Origin: Octopus vulgaris
Lineage: Eukaryota
Direction of reading: 5' to 3'
Length of the DNA stretch: 64,000 nt
Assembly: GCA_951406725.2 (NCBI GenBank)
Contig: OX597837.1
Coordinates: forward strand, 25,420,001 to 25,484,000
This document shows positions 37,264 through 49,787 of the stretch, piece after piece (position 1 is the stretch's first letter; the number at the start of each line of letters is the position of its first letter). Made by a program: the position numbers and the translations under genes. The notes below the pieces were generated by a model. It was not told the DNA's origin. It did not search any database and was given only the letters and a program-made list of their open reading frames with translations.

Positions 37264-38262
37264 ACTTTAATAGCATCACAGTGGGTCACAAGATGGTGTT
37301 GTGTAAACTCCTTTGAACTACAACTTCAATACAAGAAAGCATAATTTTTGACCTTTGGAGAACATTACAGCATTATGTTTTATTCATGCAACGTAATAAT
37401 TGAAATGTGTGTGTAAAATATCTGGTTTGTTCAGTTTGTGGTCCAAAGCATTTGATTAATTCATGTATTAAAACAAAGTTGACTGCAATAACAATAACTG
37501 GTTATTCAACTTTTGAGTGGTGGATCTTCATCCTTTAACAATGAGGATTCAGTTGTTTGAGCTTAACTGAATTATCTGCTCCTGAATTGAAGGCTGATCT
37601 GGACGAAGAATCGAAGTCTGATCTCAAAATGCTAAACTTTACGAAGGAGAGGACGTTTTTCTTAACTTGACGTTCCATTTTAATGATCTGAAAATAAGCA
37701 AAAATAAACTAGAAAAACAAACAAAATGGATTCCAAAATGATTTTAAAATAGAATTCTCGAAAAAAATAGATTCCAAAATTTTTTTTTAAATGGTGGGAA
37801 CTTACTTGCCAACCCAATACAATGAAACTACTGATTCTGAGAGAAATTGGTAAGAATTGATTCCTTTTCCGACTGGAACTATATAAACCCTAGAAAAGAT
37901 GAATGTCCAAATTGATCTGACATTCTAATCTCTCAGCTAATCTATCCCCAACATCGACACAAACTCAATTAATAGCAGATACAGGATCAGAAATACGATT
38001 ATTGCTTGATGTTGCTGTTTTAACCTTCTGTCAATCCTGGTTGGATATACCTATGATCAGCCATTCCAGCTAGGACCATTTAATTTTTTTAGGGGTACCT
38101 AGAACTCCATTTAGACTTCATTTACCAATGAGTGATTTCCATTTTTTAAGAATGTAGGGGTGATTTGAAGAAAATTTGGCTGCTATTTCTTGCCCTTGCT
38201 GAAACCTTCTTTAAAATAAAATCCTTATAAAAGACAATAAAAAATAATTAAATTAAAAAACT

Positions 38263-38435
38263 AGGTGCAGGAGTGGCTGTGTGGTAAGTAGCTTGCTAAA
38301 CGACCACATGGTTCCGGGTTCAGTCCCATTGCGTGGACATCTTGGGCAAGTGTCTTATACTATAGCCCCGAGCCGACCAATGCCTTGTGAGTGGATTTAG
38401 TAGACAGAAACTGAAAGAAGCCTGTCGTATATATG

Positions 38436-38470
<35 letters not shown>

Positions 38471-38672
38471 CTGTGTTTGTTCCCCTAGCATTGCTTGACA
38501 ACCGATGCTGGTGTGTTTACGTCCCCGTCACTTAGCGGTTTGGCAAAAGAGACTGATAGAATAAGTACTGGGCTTACAAAGAATAAGTCCCGGGGTCGAT
38601 TTGCTCGACTAAAGGCGGTGCTCCAGCATGGCCGCAGTCAAATGACTGAAACAAGTAAAAGAGTAAAGAGTA
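38263..38672 (+). mobile_element. SINE family A
   Basis: Family match. Confidence 0.9.
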
Positions 38673-38973
38673 AGATAATGAAGATCTTTTGAAGAAAACT
38701 AAGTCTTCAGCTCCTCTCTCCCTTGGACATATTCTAGAAATAGCAACAAAATCTCCTTTGAATATAGCCTTCTGTCTTAGAAAAAAATGACTGATATTTG
38801 ATGACAGATAGCTTTGAGTGCACTGTATTTAGGGACTGGTCATAGTTGGAACGTCTTTTATTCTTAATCTGTGCTAATCTGGGGTTAAGCAACGACAATA
38901 TATCATAATGCGAAATCCTATATATAAAACTCAGAATTTTATGACTGAGTCTTCCTGCAAATTAGGAAACCTG

Positions 38974-39389
38974 GGATCTTTTCGGTTTGAACGGCAGTTT
39001 TTCTAGCGGTGTCATATGAAATTGTCACCCATAATTATGACCCTAGTATCGATCTATTGCATTTCAATCTGTTTTAGGGTTAGGTGTGGCAGGAAGGGTA
39101 TCTTTTTTTCTTCACAAATGTAAATAAACCCAATCTGTTTCTTAAACGAGGGACATATTCATACGGCACAGAATGTTTTTTTTATACCTCAATAGACGTC
39201 ATTGATTGGTTGAAATTGCAGAAATTGAAGAAACAAAAACAACAAATATCTTACAAGCTATAGAATTTTCTCAATAAAGCCAAGAGAAAAAGATGTTTTA
39301 TAAACACATTCTACCAGTATACGAAGTTTAAAAGTGTTTAGTTACGTGGAAATTATTTTTAAAAACTGCTGTTCAAACCGAAAAGATCC
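38974..39389 (+). mobile_element. GGATC-terminal MITE, 8-bp TSD GAAACCTG
   Basis: TIR GGATCTTTTCGGTTTGAACGGCAGTTTTT; exact TSD 38966-38973 / 39390-39397. Confidence 0.92.
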
Positions 39390-39579
39390 GAAACCTGTTT
39401 CTAAAAGGAAAAAAAACTTTAAGTTTTAACGTCTACTTCTCTTAACAATGTCAACATGACTTCTAATTTCTTTATTACCCACAAGGGGCGATACACAGAG
39501 AGGGACAACAAGCCTGATTGGGGTCAGACACACAATAATATAACTTTTAAAAACGATGTCAACATGACTTCTATATCTA

Positions 39580-40421
39580 TATTTCTTTACTACCCACCAG
39601 GGGCTAAACACAGAGAGGACAAACGGATTAAGTCGATTACATCGAGCCCAGTGCGTAACTGGTACTTAATTTATCGACCCCGAAAGGGACGAAAGGCAAA
39701 GTAGTCCTCGGCGGAATTTGAACCCGTAACGTAACGACAGACGAAATACGGCTACGCATTTCGCCCGGCGTGCTAACGTTTCTTATTTCATTATTGCCCA
39801 CAAGGGGCTAAACATAGAGGGGACAAACAAGGACAGACAAAGGTATTAAGTCGATTACATCTACTCCAGTGCGTAACTGGTACTTAATTTATCGACCCCG
39901 AAAGGGACGAAAGGCAAAGTCGACCTCGGCGGAATTTGAACCCAGAACGTAACGGCAGACGAAATACGGCTACGCATTTCGCCCGGCGTGCTAACGTTTC
40001 TTATTTCATTATTGCCCACAAGGGGCTAAACATAGAGGGGACAAACAAGGACAGACAAAGGTATTAAGTCGATTACATCTACTCCAGTGCGTAAACTGGT
40101 ACTTAATTTATCGACCCCGAAAGGGACGAAAGGCAAAGTCGACCTCGGCGAAATTTGAACCCAGAACGTAACGGCAGACGAAATACGTATTTCTTTACTA
40201 CCCACAAGGGGCTAAACACAGAGGGGACAAACAAGGACAGACAAAGGTATTAAGTCGATTACATCTATCCCAGCGCGTAACTGGTACTTAATTTATCGAC
40301 CCCGAAAGGGACGAAAGGCAAAGTCGACCTCGGCGGAATTTGAACCCGGAATGTAACGACAGACGAAATACGGCAACGCATTTCGCCCGGCGTGCTAACG
40401 TTTCTGCCAGCTCGCCGCCTT
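39580..40421 (-). mobile_element. SINE family B head-to-tail tetramer
   Basis: Units 40188-40421, 40001-40187, 39783-40000, 39580-39782; flanking repeat CATGACTT(T)CTATATCT. Confidence 0.88.
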
Positions 40422-40947
40422 CATGACTTTCTATATCTTTCAGTCGTTGCTGGATTTTAAAATTTAGATTTAGCGAGTTTGAAACAGTCACACAATACTA
40501 AATATTTCATGTCTTCCGCCCACCTTTTTTTTCTTCTTTTCATTTGTTCTCTTTTTGTTCCGAGTTTTCTTTTGTCTTCTTTTAATCCCTTCCTTTTCTC
40601 TTTTCTTTTCTTTTCCCCCCTCCTCCTCCTCCAACTACTCCTTAACTCACACCACTACTACCACGAAAGCCTTTTCAAAATGTATTTCTACCTCGCTACA
40701 TTTTGTCTTTTACTCTCTCTCTCTCTCGTCTCTATGCATACCTTTCACAGGTAAATAAAGAAATGCTTTTACCCTCTCGTACAACTTACCAGGTGCATCG
40801 AGAAAACAAAGGACTTCGACTTTGATGTAACCCAGTACAGCCATACACCCACTGAACAAGTGTTCTCACACAATATTTGTTCTCTTTCAGAAATATTCAA
40901 TGAATACAAATCTATCCACTTTCAAATTGGTTTCATGCATTTTTGTA

Positions 40948-41364
40948 GTACTATTTAAGAAGAGTGGTCCCGGTGCGCGCACTCGCGCATCCGCGCTAGC
41001 TAGTCGTGACTAGTCGGTCCTTTGTGATTTTGTGTTTTGTTTTGTTTTTAAAAAAAAGGCGATCCATCGGTATAAGTACACACGCGGCTTTGTTTACATT
41101 TCTGAAGATAACAGAAACCCTTTTTTCTCGCCCCTAACCGTAACCCTAACCCTAAAACAAACCCTAACCCTAACCCCCCATATATATTAAAAAAAACACT
41201 TTCTTAAAATGTATCCGGTACTTCTGGTACTTATACCGAAGTTACGCCTAAAAAATTATTTATTTTGTGTTTTAGTTACTTTGCTAGGTAGTCGTTTTAG
41301 GATCGACTAGTCACGACTAGCTAGCGCGAGTGCGCGCACCGGGACCATTCTTCTTAAGTAGTAC
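40948..41364. mobile_element. CpG-rich inverted-repeat element containing a nested GG..CC MITE (41058-41248) with (CCCTAA)n
   Basis: Outer IR GTACTATTTAAGAAGAGTGGTCCCGGTGCGCGCACTCGCGC; inner TIR GGCG..TCGGTATAAGTAC / GTACTTATACCGAAGTTACGCC. Confidence 0.8.
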
Positions 41365-41411
41365 CCAGTCATACAACCACTCAACAAGTATTCACGCACA
41401 ATGTTTGTTCT

Positions 41412-41788
41412 GGCGATCTTTCGTCTCTAGTAGACCTTTCCGTCGATTTCCGTAAAAAATTTTTTTTTTTTTTTACATATGGGCTTGCGGGAACTTTTGA
41501 AGTAATGAGAGCGAAAGAGACTAAGAGAAAGCGATTGTATGACGAGGGAAGTTCTTTTGAAGTTACCGTGCACACCCTATCAAACACACACACACACACA
41601 CGCGCACACACACACACATGTACATCAATGCTTCCCATGCACGGTAACTTAAAAAAAAAGTCATACAATCGCTTTCTCTTAGTCTCTTTCGCTCTCATTA
41701 CTTCAAAAGTTCCCGCAAGCCCATATGTGAAAAAAAAAAAAATTTTACGGAAATCGACGGAAAGGTCTACGAGAGACGAAAGATCGCC
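41412..41788. mobile_element. Palindromic MITE (GGCGATC termini), 8-bp TSD TTTGTTCT
   Basis: ~130-150-bp near-perfect inverted arms around a (CA)n core; exact TSD. Confidence 0.92.
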
Positions 41789-42236
41789 TTTGTTCTCTTT
41801 CAGAAATATTCAATGAACAGAAATCTTTCCACTTTCCAAATTGGTTTCATGCATTTTTACTTTTCTATAAATTCTGACCTTAGCATATCATGACACAGGA
41901 AAACACACACACACACACACGGGCACATGTAACTAAATATTGTAAATATATGCATGAATTAACGTAAATAATCCAGTATTCGTGTTAGTGTGTGTGTGTT
42001 TATGCGTAACGCATAAATAGTCTGAAAGTTTGCTTTAAGATACAAGGCGTATTTTGAAAATATGTATCATAAGAACATGAAACTATTGGTAGCCTTTTCG
42101 GTTGTGTATTTAATTTGGTATGTTTCTCTCACTGGATGGAGTATTTTATTGTTTTAATTCTACCTCTTTTGGATCTTTAAATTTGAGATTTTTATTGCCT
42201 TCATAGTGTTTACCATTTTACAAAATTAGAAAATTG

Positions 42237-42654
42237 GGATCTTTTTGGTTTGAACGGCAGTTTTTTAAAATAATTTCCACGTAACTAAACATCTTTAAAC
42301 TTCGTATACTGGTAGAATGTGTTTATAAAACATCATTTTCTCTTGGCTTTATTGAGAAAATTCTATAGCTTGTAAGTTATTTGTTGTTTTTTTTTCTTCA
42401 ATTTCTGCAATTTCAACCAATCAATGACGTCTATTGAGGTAAAAAAAAATCCATTCTGTGCCATATGAATATGTCCCTCGTTTAAGAAACAGATTGGGTT
42501 TATTTACATTTGTGAAGAAAAAAAGATACCCTTCCCGCTACCCCTAAACCTAAAACAGATTGAAATGCAATAGATCGATACTAGGGTCATAATTATGGGT
42601 AACAATTTCATATGACACCGCTAGAAAAAACTGCCGTTCAAACCGAAAAGATCC
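42237..42654 (-). mobile_element. GGATC-terminal MITE, 8-bp TSD GAAAATTG
   Basis: Inverted copy of 38974-39389; exact TSD. Confidence 0.92.
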
Positions 42655-43117
42655 GAAAATTGGACAAAACAGAGAACGCAATTGAAATAATTAAAAAGAA
42701 GAAAAAACAAATAAAATTCGCCACCTTGGGTTGAAAAGTTGGGGGTGCTGGGAAATATCTCTAGTGACTACTGAGGCACACTTGCAACGTTGCTGCAAGC
42801 GATGGCGAGGCTGATGCGCTGGACAGCCAAATGCCCACATGAACTTTACCAGTTACCTGCAAGGTGAGTTGCCAGTGAAGACAGGAATCTCGCAGTTAGT
42901 AGTCGGACCCAACCAAACATTTCGAATGCCACAGGATTGAAAATGTAGTTGGCCGACAGATTGCAATATTCCAGGATTTGCCCATATAAATGAATTAATT
43001 GCATCGCAATTCTTAACATTTATGTATTAACTTTGTTGGGTACTTCACTAGCAGTATATTGGATATATGTTATCCCATGGAGGGTTGCACTTACAACCCC
43101 TATCTCAATTTGTATCG

Positions 43118-44035
43118 GCGACAAAGGGTCTCTCGCTCAGAGTGAAAGGTAGATTGTATGATGCATGTGTGCGAACTGCCATGCTTCACGGTAGTGAAAC
43201 ATGGGCTGTGACTGCAGAGGACATGCGTAGACTTGAAAGAAATGAAGCTAGCATGATCCGCTGGATGTGTAATGTCAGTGTGCACGCACGACAGAGTGTA
43301 AGCACCCTGAGAGAAATGCTGGACATAAGAAGCATCAGATGTGGTGTGCAAGAGCGACGCTTGCGATGGTATGGTCATGTACTGTGTGCGAATGGATGAG
43401 GAGAGATGTGTGAAGAAGTGCCACTCCCAAACAGTTGAAGGTATCAGGGGGAGAGGTAGACCCAGGAAGACATGGGATGAGGTAGTCAAGCATGACCTCA
43501 GAGCGTTGGTCCTCACTGAGGCAATGGCAAAGGACTGAGATCTCTGGAGATATGCTGTGACTGCAAGGACCTGGGCTGCTTCCTACACCAGTTCCGCATA
43601 GCCCCTGCCCATTTAAAGTACCCTGGATCCCAGAACATCCCGCTGTGCTTGAGGAGACCTGTTGAGTCAAGTACATGAACATGAACATCGAAATAAATAT
43701 CAATGGAAATAGTAGTTGTGATACCTGTGCCGGTGGCACATAAAAAGCACCATCTGAACGTGGCCGTTGCCAGCGCCGCCTTGGCTGGCTTCCGTGCCGG
43801 TGGCACGTTAGCTCCAACTGATCGTGGCCGATGCCGGACCCCCCTGGCACCTGTGCAGGTGGCACGTAAAAAGCACCCACTACACTCGCGGAGTGGTTGG
43901 CGTTAGGAAGGGCATCCAGCTGTAGAAACTGCCAGGTCAGACTGGAGCCTGGTGCAGCCCCTGGCTTCCCAGACCCCAGTCGAACCGTCCAACCTGTGCT
44001 AATGCGGAAAACGGACGTTAAACGATGATGATGAT
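43118..44035 (+). mobile_element. RTE-1 LINE, 5'-truncated (ORF C-terminus with frameshift, 3'UTR, (GAT)n)
   Basis: KGRLYDACVRTAMLHGSETW..RRLRWYGHV / RMDEERCVKK..RGRGRPRKTWDEVV. Confidence 0.92.
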
Positions 44036-44049
44036 ATATATATATATTC

Positions 44050-44920
44050 TGAGACCCCCTTCGGTCACGACACAGACCATGGGATTGCACCTAGAAAGTT
44101 AGGATCTTTTCCTTTTGAATGGCAGTAGTCAACACAATTTCTAGTTAACTAAACACTTTTAAACTTCGTATACTGGTAGAATGTATCTATAAAACATCAT
44201 TTTTTTCTTGGCTTTATTGAGAAAATTCTATATGTTGTAACATATTTCATCTGAAAATCCAAGCATTTCGGCAATTTTAACCAATCGATTACCGCCATTT
44301 AGGTAAACAACATTTGCTGCGTCTAAAACTGAGACAACATCCTGTAACTAACCCTCCCCCCCTAAATTTTTTTTTCTTAATTGTTAAATGAATTTAATCG
44401 TAACAGTTAAATTAATTTAACAATTAAGGAAAAAAAATTTAGAGAGCATAGGATTGGTTAAAATTCGAAAAATTAAACTACGTTAAACAAATGAATTACA
44501 AATTTATCAAGAAAGCCAAGTGAAAATAATGTTTTCTTTTGACATATTCTACCAGTATACGAAGTTTTAAAGTGTTTAGTTAACTAGAAATTGTGTTGAA
44601 ATCTGCCATTCAAAAGGAAAAGATCTGAAAGTTACCATCCCAGGCACAAGTCCAGACAAGGTTGTTTTATGGAAGACCAGCAGTCACCCATGCATACCAG
44701 CCTCCCCTCTCAATGCCACCAGTGTTAACCAAGGGAAAGGCAAAGCCCGATACAGCTTGGCACCAGTGATGTCGCAACTCATTTCTACAGCTGAGTGAAC
44801 TGGAGCAACGCAAAATAAAGCATCTTGCTCAAGAACACAACACGCAGCTCGGTCCGGGATTCGAGCTCACAACCTCACGATCGTAAGCTTGACGCTCTAA
44901 CCACTGAGCCATGTGCCTTC
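44050..44920 (-). mobile_element. Full-length tRNA-derived SINE family D with nested MITE
   Basis: Minus-strand head GAAGGCACATGGCTCAGTGGTTAGAGCG..GAGCTCGAATCCCGG; body interrupted at 44102-44626. Confidence 0.85.
44102..44626. mobile_element. GGATC-terminal MITE (second subfamily), 8-bp TSD GAAAGTTA
   Basis: TIR GGATCTTTTCCTTTTGAATGGCAG; exact TSD restores the SINE sequence. Confidence 0.92.
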
Positions 44921-44932
44921 ACTGATAACCAT

Positions 44933-47685
44933 ATATATGTATGTATGTTATGTATGTATGTATGTACACACACACACACACACACACACACAGATGAACT
45001 TTAGGTTAGTTAAAATGTGTTTATGACATATTTCAACTTCTAAAAGCAAATTCATGACAGCTACCAGGGGGAAATATATTCCCTCTTATGGTGAAAGGTG
45101 TCATCATCATCATCATCGTTCGACTGTGGTCGAGACAATGGAATTTACCATGCTACGCCAGACTTCATGGTCCATCATGGCATTATGGAGGTCCTGTTGC
45201 TGGATGCCTGTATCCCTGGAGATTACATCAGGGTAGGAGAGTGTGCGCCCTCTGGTATCACGAGTAGATGGCTTCCAGAGGAGAAGAGTAGAAATTACTT
45301 CTTTTTCAGCTCTACAACAATGTCCAGCAAACTGGACTCTCCTACCTTTCACCTTGAAAGGTGTAGAAACACCATAACTGCTTGGTGTTGTCCTCTATCG
45401 GATTCCTAGATGCAGTGTTTCTGGTTCTAGCTTTCCTCAATGAGAAATACTGAAGAGAGATAACTCTGGGTAAATTTAAAGCCATAACTAACTAAAATAC
45501 AGTCGACAACATTGGCATCTCAAATTTAGGTTAAATCAGTGTTTCTCAAAGAGGAGGCCTATGGGATGGTCGGACAAATTTTTTTGAGAAAATTTGGTTT
45601 AAATGTTTGACAACTCAGCACCGTCCATTGGCCTGGGGGGAGGCGTTTTGCTCACATATATATATATTAGCAATAGAGGCAATATTAATACTGAGGTGCC
45701 AAGCTGCATCGGCCTTTGCCTTTCCCTTGGATAATACTGGTTGTGTGGAGAGAGGAGGCCGGTATGCATGGGTGACTGCTGGTCTTCCATAAATAACCTT
45801 GCCCAAACTTATGCCTGGGAGGGTAACTTTTTAGGTACAATCCCACGGTCAGTCATGACCGAAGGGGGTCTCAGCATTGCAGACTAAACTACAGAAGCTA
45901 TTTGGGTGGACGATGATCTACTACAACGTCCAGTTGTGAGGTTTGACAACATATCGGTCACTAGTCTGTCTTCTTCAAGAGTTCATTCAGGGATAATTTC
46001 AACCTTGAGAACAAAAGGAAATTGAGAAACAACTGTGAGACGTGTTGCACAGAAATGAAAATAGAATTTCTTTGAAACTATTTCAACTGGGCTTGTCTCT
46101 TCAACATAAACCATGTCAACCACCAACAAACTGACAATTAACGTGGATGACTTCATGGATCATCATTCATAAAACCAAGCCATGCTGATGATGATTAGAG
46201 CTTTCATTATTAACAAATAATCCTTCTTTAGGTTTATGACAAGGGAACCATTTATCAGCATCTAAATTTAATGTTGTGACTAATAAGTTAAAACACACAT
46301 CACAATGGGCTTCTGTCCAATTTCTATATACCGGATTTCACTGACAAAGCCAGCTCAAAGTCATGGTAAAAGACACATGCCTATGATTAGACTGAATCAA
46401 GAACTCTTATACATAAGGAGTGGCTGTGTGGTAAGTAGCTTGCTAACCAACCACATGGTTCCGGGTTCAGTCCCACTGCGTGACATCTTGGGCAAGTGTC
46501 TTCTGCTATAGCCCCGGGCCGACCAATGCCTTGTGAGTGGATTTGGTAGACGGAAACTGAAAGAAGCCTGTCGTATATATGTATATATATATAAGTGTGT
46601 GTGTTTGTGTGTCTGTGTTTGTCCCCCCCTAGCATTGCTTGACAACCGATGCTGGTGTGTTTACGTCCCCGTCACTTAGCAGTTCGGCAAAAGAGACCGA
46701 TAGAATAAGTACTGGGCTTACAAAGAATAAGTCCTGGGGTCGAATTGCTCGATTAAAGGCGGTGCTCCAGCATGGCCACAGTCAAATGACTGAAACAAGT
46801 AAAAGAGTAAAGAGTAAATGTGTGTGCTCGTATATTAATTAACAACCAAGGGATCGTTATCTTTCCAAAAATTAGTCAAGAATAAAGCAAGGCTGTAATA
46901 ATTTTTTTAGTAGTGATTACAATAGTTTTAACATTTCTCTAGTTCTTTGTTAATTTGATGGAATGTCAGTTGATGCTTCTTTCTGTATACTGCTGACTTC
47001 TGTATCTGTGACCGGCTGATCAGAGGAAAGGGCCCACTTCCTCAACTGTTCTCAGGGTCTCTGAATAGAATCTATATATACATATAATTTACAAGATAAG
47101 GGCAGAAGAACAATTCTAATATATATATATATATGTATGTATGTATGTTATGTATGTATGTATGTACACACACACACACACACACACACACAGATGAACT
47201 TTAGGTTAGTTAAAATGTGTTTATGACATATTTCAACTTCTAAAAGCAAATTCATGACAGCTACCAGGGAGAAATATATTCCCTCTTATGGTGAAAGATG
47301 TCATCATCATCATCATTGTTCGACTGTGGTCGAGACAATGGAATTTACCATGCTACGCCAGACTTCATGGTCCATCATGGCATTATGGAGGTCCTGTTGC
47401 TGGATGCCTGTATCCCTGGAGATTACATCAGGGTAGGAGAGTGTGCGCCCTCTGGTATCACGAGTAGATGGCTTCCAGAGGAGAAGAGTAGAAATTACTT
47501 CTTTTTCAGCTCTACAACAATGTCCAGCAAACTGGTCTCTCCTACCTTTCACCTTGGAAGGTGTAGAAACACCATAACTGCTTGGTGTTGTCCTCTATCG
47601 GATTCCTAGATGCAGTGTTTCTGGTTCTAGCTTTCCTCAGTGAGAAATACTGAAGAGAGATAACTCTGGGTAAATTTAAAGCCAT
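44933..47685 (+). repeat. ~550-bp direct duplication (44933-45485 and 47133-47685), each holding an RTE-2 3' end on the minus strand
   Basis: Exactly 2200-bp offset, very few substitutions. Confidence 0.9.
46416..46817 (+). mobile_element. SINE family A
   Basis: Family match. Confidence 0.9.
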
Positions 47686-47958
47686 GTTTGTTGTTTTACA
47701 AACCTGCATTTTACTAGCAAACATCAGAACAGTGGCTTTTGGTTTGCAGGATGGGTCTCTTACTCCAAGACAATATTCAGAAGACTATCACATGGCACTT
47801 TAGTCAGCTGCCTTCTACTATATCCTTGAGCTTGCCAAAGGCTGGTGTGTGAAATTTGATAAACTGAAACAGTATCAAATACTATCATGTTTCCACAGAG
47901 TTTCTGTTTACCAAATTTGATAATTCTTCAATTAACTCCATTATTGATGTGTACAATT

Positions 47959-48006
<48 letters not shown>

Positions 48007-48012
48007 GTAGTC

Positions 48013-48416
48013 GGATCTTTTCGGTTTGAATGGCAGTTTTTTCTAGCGGTGTCATATGAAATTGTCACCCATAATTATGACCCTAGTATCGATCTATTGC
48101 ATTTCGATCTATTTTAGGGTTAGGGTTAGGGGTGGAGGAAGGGTTTCTTTTTTTCTTCAGAAATGTAAATGAACCCAATCTCTTTCTTAAACAAGGGACA
48201 TTTTCATACGGCACAATGTTTTCACCTCAATAGATGTCATTGATTGGTTGAAATTGAAGAAAAAAAACAACAAATATCTTACAAGCTATAGAATTTTCTC
48301 AATAAAGCCAAGAGAAAAGATGTTTTATAAACACATTCTACCAGTATACGAAGTTTAAAAGTGTTTAGTTACGTGGAAATTATTTTAAAAAACTGCCGTT
48401 CAAACCAAAAAGATCC
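48013..48416 (+). mobile_element. GGATC-terminal MITE, 8-bp TSD CTGTAGTC, internal (TTAGGG)3
   Basis: Exact TSD 48005-48012 / 48417-48424. Confidence 0.92.
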
Positions 48417-48740
48417 CTGTAGTCTGTAATGGAAATGAGTCAAAGTTCTGTAGGCTGTAGACAACCTTCAAAACATTGTAGAAGCATTTCAAGTTATTAC
48501 TGTCTACATATCTACATAGGACTGAATCTCATCTATGTGTTTTATTGTATCCCGTTTCCTGAATTTGCTAAACCACTAGAGGTCCTGCCCCCATATGAAC
48601 ATCTAAGAGCCAGGTGGTGTGACTAAACCAAGAGGAAGAATAAGTATACCAAGAATAAAAAACAGTCTGTCCAATGATTTCTTCACATTTCTGTTACTCA
48701 AATTTCACTCATAAAGTTTTGATAACTTGAAGAATATGAT

Positions 48741-49124
48741 AGGCGCAGGAGTGGCTGTGTGGTAAGTAGCTTGCTAACCAACCACATTGTTCTGGGTTCA
48801 GTCCCACTGCATGGCATCTTGGGCAAGTGTCTTCTGCTATAGCCCCGGGCCGACCAATGCCTTGTGAGTGGATTTGGTAGATGGAAATTGAATGAAGCCT
48901 GTCGTATATATGTATGTGTGCGTGTGTCTGTGTTTGTCCCCCCAACATGGCTTGACAACCGATGCTGGTGTGTTTACATCCCCATCACTTAGCGGTTCGG
49001 CAAAAGAGACCGATAGAATAAGTACTGGGCTTACAAAGAATAAGTCCCGGGGTTGATTTGCTCGACTAAAAGGCGGTGCTCCAGCATGGCCGCAGTCAAA
49101 TGACTGAAACAAGTAAAAGAGTAA
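48741..49124 (+). mobile_element. SINE family A
   Basis: Family match. Confidence 0.9.
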
Positions 49125-49568
49125 GACATCTACTCGAGGTACCCCACTGTAGGATCTAATCTAGAGCCACACAGTTATAGAGCAAACTTTTTAACCCACA
49201 CATCTATACTGACTTGCCATTCCTCAGGAATTGAGAACAAAAGGAAATTGAGAAACAACTGCGACACTGTTGCACAGAACTGAAAATAGAATTTCTTTTG
49301 AAACTATTTCAACTGGGCTTGTCTCTTCAACATAAACTATGTCAGCCACCAACAAACTGACAATTAACAAGACGTGTTGGAATTGAGGATGCAGTCGGTG
49401 GCTTTGATTCTTGGAACAATTCATACCAATGTAGTTCTTTGTTATAAACAAGTTCAATATAACATTTTTGAAGCAGCATTTAGAATTATTTAATTATTTT
49501 GTATGGAAAGTATCAATTATAGAGAGATAAATTACTGCTTAAATATCCCAGTTTCTGTTGGTTTAGAG

Positions 49569-49787
49569 CAGTGTTTTTCAACATTTTTGCTTAAGTGGAA
49601 CCCCATGGAAACATTCCACTGGCTCAAGGAACCCCTGTGCAATAATTTAATAATCTTATGCACACATATCTGCACAGGAGAATTAAAAATTACTGCTGAT
49701 TTTAGCAGTTTTGTAACTTCTTGCGGAACCCCTGGACTGTACTGGTGGAACCCTAAGGTTCCGTGGAACCCTGGTTGAAAACCACTG
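49569..49787. mobile_element. hAT/Charlie-like MITE
   Basis: CAGTGTTTTTCAAC/GTTGAAAACCACTG TIR; TSD GTTTAGAG/GTCTAGAG (Charlie-type NTCTAGAN target). Confidence 0.85.

Noticed and set aside
41381-41816. Mirror-image ORFs MRAKETKRKRLYD on both strands
   Set aside because: Consequence of the palindromic MITE
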